64,000 nt of DNA from a virus: IMG/VR virus record IMGVR_UViG_3300017987_000070, positions 21,797-85,796 of that record. One strand, written 5' to 3'. Position 1 is the first letter of the stretch, and each line of letters begins with the position of its first letter. Below the pieces are notes generated by a model. That model had not been told where the DNA came from. It did not search any database and worked only from the letters and a program-made list of their open reading frames with translations. This document shows positions 20,701 through 29,617 of this stretch, one piece after another. Position numbers and translations under genes: made by a program.

Positions 20701-22105
20701 TGCGGGTACTCCGACGTTGTTTGATGTCGTGGGGGTAGACTTCACTTCTTACGGTCCTGCCTCCGTGCTTTATGTGCTCAACACGAACGTCAACGGAGAC
20801 GTGGACGACGTGGACATCCATGACGTCGTGACCTTTGGGAACGAGGTGCTGGAAGTCACTCCGGCGATTGCAAACACGGGCACGAGCCTGGAGTTCTACT
20901 TGACGAGTGACCCGCTCTTCTCAGTAGGGGATGCAGCCGTGGACCTTGGTACGAGCGCGACTACCTTGTTCGTTCTCACAGACCTCGGGAACCTTGACGT
21001 GCGCGTGGGAGACACCCTGGTCATTCCTCCCACCTCCCCAAACGGGGGTCGTTACGTCATTGAGAATGTAGACCTCACGGCAGCTCCGTATACAGAGATT
21101 CAGGTGAGCCCACCTTTGCGTCAGACTCAAGGCGACGTCTCCAACGCGAACCCGGTCTTGGACGATTTCCCGGTGAGGTTTACGACTTCTCGCCCTCGAC
21201 GATTCTCACCCGAGCTTGACGCCTTACGGGACATTCAGTTGCAGCGGCGCGTCCTCTACGACACCGTGGCGAATGCGCCTACAAGCCCCGTAGACATCCA
21301 AGACTTGCTTACCCTGGGGGGATATGAGAACACGAACCCCTCGGGACCCACGCTTGCCATCTTGGAGCGTCTGATAGACAACGCGTTCGATCAGGAACTC
21401 ACGCAAGCTTCAGACGGGACCCTTGTAGACCTTGGAGGAGGCGTGTTCGCGCTGGAATCTCTGTCCTCAGACTTCGTGGCAGACGAAGTTCAAGACGACT
21501 CGGACACACGTGCGAGCTTCGTGCTCATTGAAGAAGGCTTCGCCCGAGGGTTCTATCGTGTGGGTGAGGTCCTGTCTCCCACCCGTGTAGAGCTTCGGGA
21601 GGCGACTGAGTTCCCCGTGGACTTCTTGACGACCTTGGCACCGGGTTCAGGAGTCTCCTTCCGTGTTCTTCAGGGAGAGCGATTCTCCGAGCGCACGTAT
21701 GAGCTTGTCCTCTATGAACTCATCAATGTCAAGGAGATTCTAGACCGTCTCGACAAGGGAATCCAGAGCACCCTCCATGACCCTGCTACCTTCGATTCTC
21801 CCGATCTTCTTATAGCCAACCCAGGTGAGCCCCTGGACGCTACTCTCCAGAATCATCTGGATGGGGCGTATTCAACTCTCCCTGTGGGAGTTCAGGATCG
21901 TCAAGCGTTCCTGACCGGGGCACCGAGTTTGGTAGACGAAGTGGAAGCGGTGCTCTCTGGCACAGAGAATCTCTACGACTTGAGGTTCTCATGGATTGAC
22001 TTCCGAATCAACCTTGAAACCGGAACCCTGCCTACCCGCCGTAGGCTTTTACAAGACCGAGCGAAGCGCCGTAGGGCTCGCGTTCGGGATGCTCTGAGGA
22101 CCTGA
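14765..22105 (+). CDS. Giant (2446 aa) virion structural protein, baseplate/tail-associated
   Basis: Acidic and beta-rich, with repeated small beta-barrel modules (e.g. VRVGDTLVI...GGRYVIENV...VSPPL). Lies upstream of the gp25/J/I-like genes. Confidence 0.7.
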   Translation: MFDSGYVLRQPRVSSANNPTQDDPSVHVLDRDSDGNLTSDRDEYLATFINDPTAQRREYLVVPKATANLVAGEDFIQETPVNVDDAGLVYQFNQAGLAIRDFSLVSGDAPDKVDLQAGLLMYDTAPGTTPVVQYRREALSLFYTRNDSNVTRFGFDDRVQRWRTLPGAPPELIGNVPEDALTPLTLAATEPDAGTPRIVLGSLENAPVPVSYIPTQARWQDYLDGVLTPNAGEAAAFADTGEILFAADIIASSVNLPVFQYRYSFFALDTSSGLLGSVGEDIFLNPVPQGTEFPLLRTRYGSYLTVARSTDPVGTEEVRYDVNSGKLTFQNADRDGESLYYDGVYSITEPVQAFPPTDLGTITPNFASTPGIANIDASVYDRTALLLYVRESGEVIQDLEFVEEASDLPQPSRIPATKAFLFYDEGADEVQVQLSFSFMQANSGLTLSVGTGDFYLEDGITFRVARSLRPGVDPDARSRVRIQDEVLIDGISQGAFAILPQIPLQDVAGYSEDTFFRVRSNGSTRTLVPDEDVVYDFDASSIRWAERESQTQSITQVASSVKLPHEVLLDRNFSFELDEGNGFQALTPGETVVVDFDLGNIAFAEPFGKPLYEGFGSLSGSTFTDTGAAFNFALDLGSTPSALDAFERPLLILTNTNEVFRVDDSTATSLTISTSSGPQTNVPYVVVEGPDVVYEYAFEDVDLTRRTVFPSIISPLGSFVPDGESFAFELDGAEVPHVTLERETLGFIQDALVVPAYYLAPEANFELYRDSTLLSFVPGAPASSGEYTFDSGTGAITFFAGDVTTFEGSSIVLRPLLSTGRATGPVEVLAENRSVGLPLDLVSENVKSVVLLSESQYSVQPSNGQLFFNSAFRAGDRLQVRYYVDSLNSLVNLITFNARENLTYAPATSVFNFASGIEVDTTKPGTLFINGSPSSQGTVDLLNKTVTLNAPANPNRTYQVGYFRLDAAGGEKTAVLPSLPFDPPVQFVGGTQQTFLGDHTSVLQPDVVLEVDDVSVRVVSSSYDAGTDLTTAEVSPAISTPVTSPSLLRVTSSPLDRTSVVPAQAEVNAVDNQELRLFGDFTGAVFANRVLFLDGEPYGVQGVAYDEGARVTRVTLRSRLQREYVNPTITISDEVVYDPAPGVLATNRPLFAAQDVRLVQLDEDGSGTLLERGVQYEVTDAGDIALDPTNVTLPQPGQRWVLSYLAREDVGPFTSNAGTLVIPRLRSTYTRFVAATNQTFAGGQLLATYSIYSPDTFYFRALPLSEYAAEVQATLGSSSGSSGPSTSFRSTQALSDKGNLTLVGEELDVRDRDRVGRAFISLYNDVAQDFETYLQAVDGRVIGDRDGQFKFFLAPDGQPGGEDPVSGELLPYYVNPDGSGSKPTPAQVEDIDILAQEGFVRNSIDDLILRSKKPFQFTFPATFEYLGTFARAWEPSRLSRFYPQRSKVVTLTPPDVSGSGSYDFFEDFGLTLGDLKQDDVISIETLEERPPQAWLINGVVSTGSGTATVNAGMVFPLGASQASNPGAGQNLTDGDASKQIPGFAVDDVVNLGRISYTTNPSTGLVERQETIYAQNMVVTAISGDQVTLGQLDQTFFDNLFPDAGIVFGSLTITVTDPETLDGVTSPAAGYSAATSTPRQNDTVFGTSLNPFRQGFDFGLDASEGELINRALPDFLASITGQVAPPPLTYLNATISYKNQRTEPFRFPALDGEAVDDDGLQNAPYGYPLLSSESVSFGNEESALTNVLNGTTPGLVIDATQSSPSVLTTTQDLTDPSSYPTPPRPYDLLLLEGETLGGTPATGGSTAFVFSEVTSPTDFRLAAFEAFDSGVSYAIDDAFSGTGTGVGAVWTDDLGRDFTVLNGLTGTLDIGGSLFSILSFGVGTITVVAGPLPASGAFNLDLSGNGDINSLHALTDSVDFSTWADGLTLRVLSGVNTGTYTIATGFNGSVEPETLPAGFASGNAAIASTSIEVQGSGSAGAGTPTLFDVVGVDFTSYGPASVLYVLNTNVNGDVDDVDIHDVVTFGNEVLEVTPAIANTGTSLEFYLTSDPLFSVGDAAVDLGTSATTLFVLTDLGNLDVRVGDTLVIPPTSPNGGRYVIENVDLTAAPYTEIQVSPPLRQTQGDVSNANPVLDDFPVRFTTSRPRRFSPELDALRDIQLQRRVLYDTVANAPTSPVDIQDLLTLGGYENTNPSGPTLAILERLIDNAFDQELTQASDGTLVDLGGGVFALESLSSDFVADEVQDDSDTRASFVLIEEGFARGFYRVGEVLSPTRVELREATEFPVDFLTTLAPGSGVSFRVLQGERFSERTYELVLYELINVKEILDRLDKGIQSTLHDPATFDSPDLLIANPGEPLDATLQNHLDGAYSTLPVGVQDRQAFLTGAPSLVDEVEAVLSGTENLYDLRFSWIDFRINLETGTLPTRRRLLQDRAKRRRARVRDALRT

Positions 22106-22106
22106 C

Positions 22107-22325
22107 ATGGACGACAAGAATGGCAAGAAATCCGCTTGCTGGCGTAAGACACGAACGCTCACCCCTTCTTTCCGTGACGTGCTCGACAAGTTAGAGGAGC
22201 TACGGGTCACTATTGAGGACGAGCAGAAGACCCTTCAAGCTCAACTGGCAGCAACCCACACTGAACCTCACTCGGAAGAGACTGAGACCGAAGCGGTGGG
22301 CGTAGGTACGGTGAACGATGGCTGA
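22107..22325 (+). CDS. Small coiled-coil hypothetical protein
   Basis: GAGG RBS and tight operon spacing. Confidence 0.65.
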   Translation: MDDKNGKKSACWRKTRTLTPSFRDVLDKLEELRVTIEDEQKTLQAQLAATHTEPHSEETETEAVGVGTVNDG

Positions 22326-24465
22326 TTGGCAGCAACTAGACCTTGGATTTGAGGCAGTTCTTTCGCCCCTCTCTACGGGCATCTCCGGTTCGGTTGGAGG
22401 TCTGGCAGGTATCTTGCAGACCGGCATCGCCGTGTTGGACGTACTCTCCTCTTTCCTCGTCGTCAACAGCAGCCCTCTCCTGGGTGCCGTGGAGACATTG
22501 CGTGCCGAGATCCTCAACCTTTTGCAAGACCTGGGGGAAACCGGCGTGTACGGTCTCTTTCTGGTACCCGAGACCCTTGAGGAGTATGTTCAGTACCGTG
22601 GTGGGTACGGTAAGTTCCAGCAGTTGTTTCTGGAGTCCCTCAACGACGTGGACGATCTGGAGCGCCCTCAATTCCCTTCGACGGCGGCTCTTGGCGGCGT
22701 CATTCTGTACCTGAGTTCCGAGGACCCCCTCAACCTCCTCCTCAACGGCGCCGAACTCTTCGAGTTCTTCTCCCGCCCCTTCCCTCTGGGCCTCCCCGCC
22801 CCGGTCAACCTCACGGCATCTCCTGTCTTCAATGACGGGTCGGGTAACGTGAGCCGGATCAAGGTCATAGACACCTTCACCGGCAACACGAGTCAGCCTA
22901 ACGCGCTCCTCTTCGAGTGGCAAGAGCCCCGTGTATCCAGGGATGTATTCTTCGACTTCTTTCGTAGCACGAAGTTCATTCTGGAGCGATCCAAGAGCCG
23001 TGAGGGTACCCTCATCCTCAAGCCCTCGGAAGACGAATCTCCTACCCGAGTGACTCCGCTGGACAAGCGCGTCAGCCGAGAGGGACGAGCCAAGTCGGCT
23101 TCTGAACCTCTCTTGGACGCCAAGGGAAGGCCGATATACTACTGGGAGCCCGTGGACCCCAACGACCCCTTCATTGAGGCGGCTGACCTCCTAGACGATA
23201 CGTCGGATGTGACGAACTTCAACTTCATCGCAGGCTCCTACGCGTTCGTTCTGAACGTCCCCCCTGGGATTGACAACGGGTTCTACTACCGAGTACGAGC
23301 CGTTCCTCAAGACGCGACCTTGGATACGGTTCAAGGCCGGGTGTTCACGCCCGAAGGGGAGGAAGATCGCTTGTACTTCGTGCTTAAGAGGAACGGTGAG
23401 GTTCTTTCGTCGGACACGGCACCTGCTTCGGCTCCTGTCAAGGGGTTTATCCCCGAGGTCGACACGACCTTCGACTTGCCGTCAGCCTTGCTCAATGTGT
23501 ACCGCGCTGCGTACAAGCTCCGCTTCGACACGGACGTGTTCAACACCTCGGGTGACTTGGCGATCGGGTCTTCATCTATCACCCCAACGCTCCCTGAATC
23601 TCTCTTCAGGAGTCTCCGTCAAACCCTTGTGTATGAGCAAGGCGACAACCCGGACGTGCTCTACTTCCCCGAGCCTCTCTTCGAGACCAGTGACATCACG
23701 ACGTACACGACGTCGGCGGGGAGTCTGGAGAACAACCTCGTAGCCGACGCGGCGGAATTCGATCCCTTCGGAGGTATCGACGAGTTCATTCAACCCAGGC
23801 TCTCTTTGACCGACTCCGAGCGTGTTCTCCTGGCGATTGACCGGGTGGCGATTCCTCAAGTCCAGAGCATCACTTCCATCGTCGCCAACAATGAAGGTCT
23901 CTTCGAGGTCTTCCGTCAACTTTACACGGCGAACCAAGTGTCCATTGAAGGTGTCTTGGAGTCCGAGGTACCTCTCTTCCTGTTCAACGGGGACGATGCT
24001 CAGGTACGTGGGGAGGTCTTCAGCCTCCTCCAGCTCGTCAATGGGTTCTCACGCACGGGCGCTCCTCCCAACTGGCAGTCGGTCAAGGTCCTAGACGACC
24101 TCTTCCCTGACGCGAGCGAGGCCGTGGACCGCCTGTTCAACCTCATCACCAGCTTCGAGGCTCTCTTGCAAGATGCGACCACGGAGCTGCAAGGGACGAT
24201 CGAAGGCATCCAAGACCGGCTCGCCACGCTCACGGCGCTCTTGGATCGAATCGACACGCTCATCGCCTCTCTCAACGCGATCCTGACCCTGGACTTCGAC
24301 ATCAACCTCCTCTACATCCCGCCCGCAGCAGGGGGCAACTCGCGTGTGATCTCCGAGGTCTTGACGGCAACGAACCCTCCCGACTCGGACCCCAACGATT
24401 ACTTCCTGGCTATCGCTCTCCTGGGAGGCACGGCAGACATTTTCTCACTCATCTTCGGGGTCTGA
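22318..24465 (+). CDS. Structural protein of the baseplate module (FnIII-like core, helical termini)
   Basis: LPAPVNLTA...LLFEWQEP...FILERSKS...YYRVRAV is an Fn3-like pattern. The C-terminus is helical and acidic. Confidence 0.55.
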   Translation: MADWQQLDLGFEAVLSPLSTGISGSVGGLAGILQTGIAVLDVLSSFLVVNSSPLLGAVETLRAEILNLLQDLGETGVYGLFLVPETLEEYVQYRGGYGKFQQLFLESLNDVDDLERPQFPSTAALGGVILYLSSEDPLNLLLNGAELFEFFSRPFPLGLPAPVNLTASPVFNDGSGNVSRIKVIDTFTGNTSQPNALLFEWQEPRVSRDVFFDFFRSTKFILERSKSREGTLILKPSEDESPTRVTPLDKRVSREGRAKSASEPLLDAKGRPIYYWEPVDPNDPFIEAADLLDDTSDVTNFNFIAGSYAFVLNVPPGIDNGFYYRVRAVPQDATLDTVQGRVFTPEGEEDRLYFVLKRNGEVLSSDTAPASAPVKGFIPEVDTTFDLPSALLNVYRAAYKLRFDTDVFNTSGDLAIGSSSITPTLPESLFRSLRQTLVYEQGDNPDVLYFPEPLFETSDITTYTTSAGSLENNLVADAAEFDPFGGIDEFIQPRLSLTDSERVLLAIDRVAIPQVQSITSIVANNEGLFEVFRQLYTANQVSIEGVLESEVPLFLFNGDDAQVRGEVFSLLQLVNGFSRTGAPPNWQSVKVLDDLFPDASEAVDRLFNLITSFEALLQDATTELQGTIEGIQDRLATLTALLDRIDTLIASLNAILTLDFDINLLYIPPAAGGNSRVISEVLTATNPPDSDPNDYFLAIALLGGTADIFSLIFGV

Positions 24466-24466
24466 T

Positions 24467-25102
24467 ATGGCGTTCAACTTCCTCGGCACGTTCTCGGCAG
24501 ATGAAATACAAGCGCTCTTGCTCTTTGCGCAAGACCAACTTCCCGACATTGACGCCAAGGTAGCGTACCTTCAAGGTCAGATCAACCGGATCGGGTGGAT
24601 TCAGTACACGCTGGATGAACAGAGGGTACCTTCCTCTTACGTCATTGAACCCGAGAATTCCCTCCTCGCCAAGTATGTCCGCTCCTATCAGTTCTATGGG
24701 GGCGACTTGCTCGACCTCTCTGTACGTTCAAGAGGTCAGTGGATTTCGTTCACTCAGGCAGAACCCTCCCTTGACTCAAACCAAGTGAGCGATGCTGGAT
24801 CTCTTGTCGGAACGGCTCAGGTGCAAGACGAAGAGAACCTGCACGCAGACGACATCGTGCCTGCCATCGCGGTGAGCAAGGTCAAGGATTTCATCACCCC
24901 GGCCCTCCAGGGTAAGCGGGAGCACTACGAGTTCAAGATCAAGAAAGCCATTGACCTCGCGGACCAATACCTCGAAGAGATTATTCTATTGGTTCGTAGG
25001 GCAACTGATGGTGACGAATCCCTAGAGTTTCTGCAACAGCAGATTCAGTTCTACCTCAATGACGCAGCGTTCCCCTCAGCCGGGAGGAAGCCACGTCTTT
25101 GA
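24467..25102 (+). CDS. Hypothetical protein in the baseplate operon
   Basis: Operon position and codon usage. Confidence 0.65.
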   Translation: MAFNFLGTFSADEIQALLLFAQDQLPDIDAKVAYLQGQINRIGWIQYTLDEQRVPSSYVIEPENSLLAKYVRSYQFYGGDLLDLSVRSRGQWISFTQAEPSLDSNQVSDAGSLVGTAQVQDEENLHADDIVPAIAVSKVKDFITPALQGKREHYEFKIKKAIDLADQYLEEIILLVRRATDGDESLEFLQQQIQFYLNDAAFPSAGRKPRL

Positions 25103-25120
25103 GCCTTCTGGACGTGAAGC

Positions 25121-26197
25121 ATGGCGAAAGACCTCCTACTCAAACATGTATGCCCGCACTTCGTGGTACGAGAGTGGTTGGCGATCGAATCCGACCGGAC
25201 GATCATCAACACGGTGCGTCTCCCCTCCTCAGTCCGGGTGGAAGTCAGGGCGAACGGGATCATCATCCCCAACGGGGGCCTCACCTCCCCGGTGAGTGTA
25301 GCTTCCCGCAACGCAGAGCCCTTCGAGATCACCCGCAACGTCAATGACGAGCTTCGCTTTACCGTAAACGAAGGCTCGCTTCAGACGGTGTTCCTCCCCA
25401 CGGGTCAGAACGTCACGACGGCGCTCATCGTCGAGGCGATCAACGAGCAAGCTCAAGGTCTCGTGGCAGAAGAGAGCAACCGTCGCATACGCCTGACTAC
25501 CGACACGACAGGAGAGAGCACAACTCTCTATCTCCAGGGCGGCTCGGCACACACGACGCTGGGGTTCACTTCCTCCCGCTTCTACCGAGGGAAGACGATC
25601 TTTCCTGCCTGGAACCTCACGCGCCGTCCTAACACGGTTGACCCTCTGGAGCGTCGGATTGAGTTTGCCAATCCAGTCCGCACCGCTGATGACATCTTCG
25701 AGGTGTCCTACTTCACGCGCCGTCAAGAATGCCGAAGGTGCTCGGGTCTGGGCATAGAAAACGACATCCGATTCGACGACCGGGGTGACCCCATCTTCGT
25801 GACCGGCATCGATCTCCTCGCCCAAGAGGTGGAGAAGATCACGTTCACGATCCGAGGGAGCAACGTCTTCTACAATTGGTACGGCACCTCGATCACGGAT
25901 CTCATCGGGACCAAGATCATCCGGGGAGGCTCTCTAATCGAGACGCAGTTGCTCACTGAGATCAGCAACACGCTGGAGAGGTTCCGGTCGGTCAAGACTC
26001 AGCAGGCAGGCTTGCAGCCGGTGGGAGACCAAGAGTTCTTCCAACGGGTCCGAAACATCAGCGTCGTGCAAGACCCTGACGACCCTACCGTGTTCCGCAT
26101 CCGAATCGACATCCAAAACGCCGCCGATGAGGTAGCTCAGTTGCAGCAGAACCTCGTATTGCAAGGCGGAGTTCAAGGCCCCCAACTCGTAGGATAA
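25121..26197 (+). CDS. Baseplate wedge/sheath-initiator protein with gp25/GpW-like C-terminal domain
   Basis: GIDLLAQEVEKITFTIRGSNVFYNWYGTSITDLIG...DPTVFRIRIDI is a gp25-like pattern. CRRC motif. Lies upstream of the J-like gene. Confidence 0.75.
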   Translation: MAKDLLLKHVCPHFVVREWLAIESDRTIINTVRLPSSVRVEVRANGIIIPNGGLTSPVSVASRNAEPFEITRNVNDELRFTVNEGSLQTVFLPTGQNVTTALIVEAINEQAQGLVAEESNRRIRLTTDTTGESTTLYLQGGSAHTTLGFTSSRFYRGKTIFPAWNLTRRPNTVDPLERRIEFANPVRTADDIFEVSYFTRRQECRRCSGLGIENDIRFDDRGDPIFVTGIDLLAQEVEKITFTIRGSNVFYNWYGTSITDLIGTKIIRGGSLIETQLLTEISNTLERFRSVKTQQAGLQPVGDQEFFQRVRNISVVQDPDDPTVFRIRIDIQNAADEVAQLQQNLVLQGGVQGPQLVG

Positions 26198-26200
26198 ACC

Positions 26201-29200
26201 ATGCCCGCTACACCCCCACAGTTCAATCGAGTCCAGGGAGGCACGTCCACCACGTTGAATCTGGTCACGACGATCCGCGATCAGGTCTTCACCGGGGTCA
26301 TTGATACCAACACCGTCGACCTCCAAGTGAGCGTGGACGGTGCTCCTTTTCGCGCGGACCCAACGCTCGTGGAGTTCGATCAGTCCACGTTCACGATCCC
26401 CAACAGGAACGTGTTCCCTGACGGCTTGAGCTTGAACTTCGGGAGGAACGTCATCCAAGTGCGCGCCGTGGACACCACTGGAGCGGTCTCGTCTCCCTCT
26501 ACTGTCACGGTCGACCTCCTCCGTGAAACCGAGGTGGACCTCGTGAGCGCTCCTCCTACGGGCATCCGTCTACGCAGGAAGCGTGCCAGCGTGGAGGTCG
26601 TTTTCGCTCAAAGCGATCTCCAGAACGTGAGAGGTTACAATGTTTACGCGTCTACCGAGCCCGGAGGGGGGACCTCGGGTTACTTCAAGCTCAACCGAGA
26701 CCTCATCACCGACGTGGCGTTTCAAGAAGAAACTCTCACCGCTGTATCTGAGAATGACACCTCCACTTCGGGCATCAGGACCGTGTTCTTGGACTCGGAG
26801 TTCGGTGAGGTCGGGGTCACTATTGATCAAAGAGACTTCAACGATACCGTCCTCTCCTCGAATGAGACCCAGTTGGTAGACGCGTCCCTGGGGGGAGCGA
26901 GACTGAAGGTCACCACGACCGTCGAGAGCGTGACGACCACGAACTTCCTCCTCTTCGAACATAACCGAAGTGCGACCGAAGCTCAAGGCACGATCAACAA
27001 TGAGTTCTTCGTGGACATCCCCGATGATGAGCCCTTGTACTACGTGATCACCACGGTGGTCTACGACCCCATCACCAATCGAGAGATAGAGTCTGCGTTC
27101 TCCTCGGAACTCACGGGACTCCCCCTGGCGATTGATTCCCAGATTCGAGAGATTCCCCGTAGGACTCGCTTTGACGTCTCAGAGGATTACATTGACTCGA
27201 TTTTGAGCATAGACAATGAGATATCGGTCATCCCAGGGTCGGTAGTACGGGACATCTTCATTGACCCGTTCGCCACGGAAGCCGAGCGCCTGTACTTCGT
27301 AGCGGACTTTATCTCACGTTCGCAGAGCTTCGCGACGTTGCTCGTAGTCGACGGGTCCGATTCCTACAAGGCAGCTCTTGCTTCGGCTCTTGGAATCAAC
27401 GCCACGACTGACGTGCAGCCGATCATCGACGACAGTTTCGACAAGCTCGCGGGGAACAATCAGGTCACACGTCAGGGTGCAGAGATCGCCTTGGGTGAAG
27501 TGGTGTTCTTCACTCCCAACGAACCTACTCAGGACATCGTGATCGAAGCCGGTACGTCTGTAGGCACCGACAGTAACGTCACCTTCACGGTGACCGCCAC
27601 AACAACACTGCCCTTCGCAGATCGCGCCTCTTACTTCAACCTTCAGCGTCAACGCTATGAGATCACGGTCCCCGTGCAAGCCGACGATGCAGGATCAGCA
27701 GGGAACGTCCCTGCGAACACGATCCGCAACACGCTCGGAGGCGTGGGCACGCTTCAGGTGACGAACCTCGAAGCGACTCAGTTTGGACGCGACGAAGAGT
27801 CCAACGAAGACCTCGCCACCCGAGCCATCCTCGCGTTCTCATCAGTGGACGCAGGAACCGAAGCGGGCTATCTTGCCACCGCGCTCAGACAGCAAGGGGT
27901 GTTCAGGGCACTCGTGGTAGAAGCGGGCGATCAGTACATGGCACGCGACTACGACGAAGTTCGTATGAAGAACATCGGAGGCAAGGTTGACGTCTGGGTT
28001 CAAGGCGAGAAGCTCGTCACCGTCTCTGACACCTTCGCGTTGCAGTTCGATGTGGAGAGGGATGTACGCTTCTTCCTCGACTCCAACCCTTCGGACCTCA
28101 TCTTCGTGGCAGACGACGACCGTTTGTCTCCCGAGGCTCCCATCACTCAAGTGTTGGGTGAGACCCCCAGTGAGATCGCGCAAGGGTTTGGGTTCAGGAA
28201 CCTCACGTCGGGAGAGACGTTTGACCTCTCCGGCGTGGCGATTCTCGACTTCAACCGTATCCAGCTCAACACGGCGATCCCACAACCTGCGGTCAACCCA
28301 AACGACCTCATTTCAGGAGACTACAGGTTCCGTGAGAGTGATCAGTTCGTGTTCACCCGACAGCCGGTAAGGAGCGTCAACTCCGTGCAGAGCATCACCT
28401 CGGGGGACACTCTCGCCCGAGGGACCAACTACGACCTCTTCAAGCTCGAAGATCCTCTCTTCGAGGGGGAGTCGACGCAGGCTCAAGACTTCTTGCAAAT
28501 CACGCAGGCCAACGGCATTCCCACAGGTGATGTGGTCATCGTGAACAACGAGAGCCACGTGCTCATCGGTCAAATCCCCGAGGCGTTGAACAACCTGGGT
28601 GTAAGTCCTCTTACGGTACGCGTGTTCAACCTGGGTCGCACCATCGAGTATGCGGGACCCACGGCAGCTACCCCGGACTTCTTTATCAACCCCGGTGACG
28701 AGACGACTCCTCTGGAGCTTGTCCGCAACCCAGATGGTACGATCACCAACGGTCAAGAAGTCGTCGTCGACTACGAACACGATGAGAACTTCTCCGTCGA
28801 GTACGTCATCAACGAGGTGGTACAAGACGTCCAGAACGCCGTGGAAGCTCAAAGGCACGTAACGGCTGATGTTCTGGTCAAGCAGGCGATTGAGAACCCG
28901 GTGGACCTCGAAATCACGATCGTGCTGGCTCCTGGCGCGGTTCAAGCAGTCGTGGACGCTGCGGTAAGGACCAACGTGTCTCAGTTGCTCAACTCTCTGG
29001 GCATCGGTGAGCCCGTCCACCAGAGCGACATCCTTCGGGTGATTGAGAACACTCCGGGCGTGGACTACGTGGTGGTGCCTCTCGCGCGACTGACACACGC
29101 AGACGACAACCTCATCGTGAGGGAAGTCCTGAACAACGCGTTCACCTTCTTGGAGCAGACCGCCGTGTCCAAGCTCTATGTTCTACAAGACGCGCTCAAC

Positions 29201-29605
29201 TTCTCGACGAGTGATGGGGGTGGTGCCGACAATCTACACAAGGGCGTCTTCCAAGATCGCCTCCCCTTGACCCTCGTGTCTTCTTATGCAGGGCTAGGAA
29301 GCAGGACGAACGCGGCTCTGATCGTGGGCAACGGAGGACTCATCATTGACGGGTACTCCGACGACACGACGCTTGAAGCCGCAGGGTTCGACACAGAGGC
29401 GGAGAAGACAGCTCAGAGGTTGGCCCTCACGGCAAATCGAATCTTCCTCTCCCTGGAGAACGCGGACTCTCCCGAGAACCACGAGTACGAGGTCACTTAC
29501 GCCTCCTCGGGGGATACACAGACTCGGAGCACCATCACGCTCACGGATGTGACCTACGCGGAGCTTGGAGACCTGACGATCACGTTCCGTGCTGCCGGTA
29601 CCTGA
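26201..29605 (+). CDS. Baseplate J-like (gp6/gpJ) wedge protein
   Basis: PGSVVRDIFIDP, GEVVFF...IEAGTSV, VQADDAGSAGNVPANTI, VTNLEATQFGRDEESNEDLATR, GKVDVWV and LGIGEPVHQSDI...PGVDYV are Baseplate_J hallmarks. Confidence 0.9.
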   Translation: MPATPPQFNRVQGGTSTTLNLVTTIRDQVFTGVIDTNTVDLQVSVDGAPFRADPTLVEFDQSTFTIPNRNVFPDGLSLNFGRNVIQVRAVDTTGAVSSPSTVTVDLLRETEVDLVSAPPTGIRLRRKRASVEVVFAQSDLQNVRGYNVYASTEPGGGTSGYFKLNRDLITDVAFQEETLTAVSENDTSTSGIRTVFLDSEFGEVGVTIDQRDFNDTVLSSNETQLVDASLGGARLKVTTTVESVTTTNFLLFEHNRSATEAQGTINNEFFVDIPDDEPLYYVITTVVYDPITNREIESAFSSELTGLPLAIDSQIREIPRRTRFDVSEDYIDSILSIDNEISVIPGSVVRDIFIDPFATEAERLYFVADFISRSQSFATLLVVDGSDSYKAALASALGINATTDVQPIIDDSFDKLAGNNQVTRQGAEIALGEVVFFTPNEPTQDIVIEAGTSVGTDSNVTFTVTATTTLPFADRASYFNLQRQRYEITVPVQADDAGSAGNVPANTIRNTLGGVGTLQVTNLEATQFGRDEESNEDLATRAILAFSSVDAGTEAGYLATALRQQGVFRALVVEAGDQYMARDYDEVRMKNIGGKVDVWVQGEKLVTVSDTFALQFDVERDVRFFLDSNPSDLIFVADDDRLSPEAPITQVLGETPSEIAQGFGFRNLTSGETFDLSGVAILDFNRIQLNTAIPQPAVNPNDLISGDYRFRESDQFVFTRQPVRSVNSVQSITSGDTLARGTNYDLFKLEDPLFEGESTQAQDFLQITQANGIPTGDVVIVNNESHVLIGQIPEALNNLGVSPLTVRVFNLGRTIEYAGPTAATPDFFINPGDETTPLELVRNPDGTITNGQEVVVDYEHDENFSVEYVINEVVQDVQNAVEAQRHVTADVLVKQAIENPVDLEITIVLAPGAVQAVVDAAVRTNVSQLLNSLGIGEPVHQSDILRVIENTPGVDYVVVPLARLTHADDNLIVREVLNNAFTFLEQTAVSKLYVLQDALNFSTSDGGGADNLHKGVFQDRLPLTLVSSYAGLGSRTNAALIVGNGGLIIDGYSDDTTLEAAGFDTEAEKTAQRLALTANRIFLSLENADSPENHEYEVTYASSGDTQTRSTITLTDVTYAELGDLTITFRAAGT

Positions 29606-29617
29606 TAGGAGACCCAT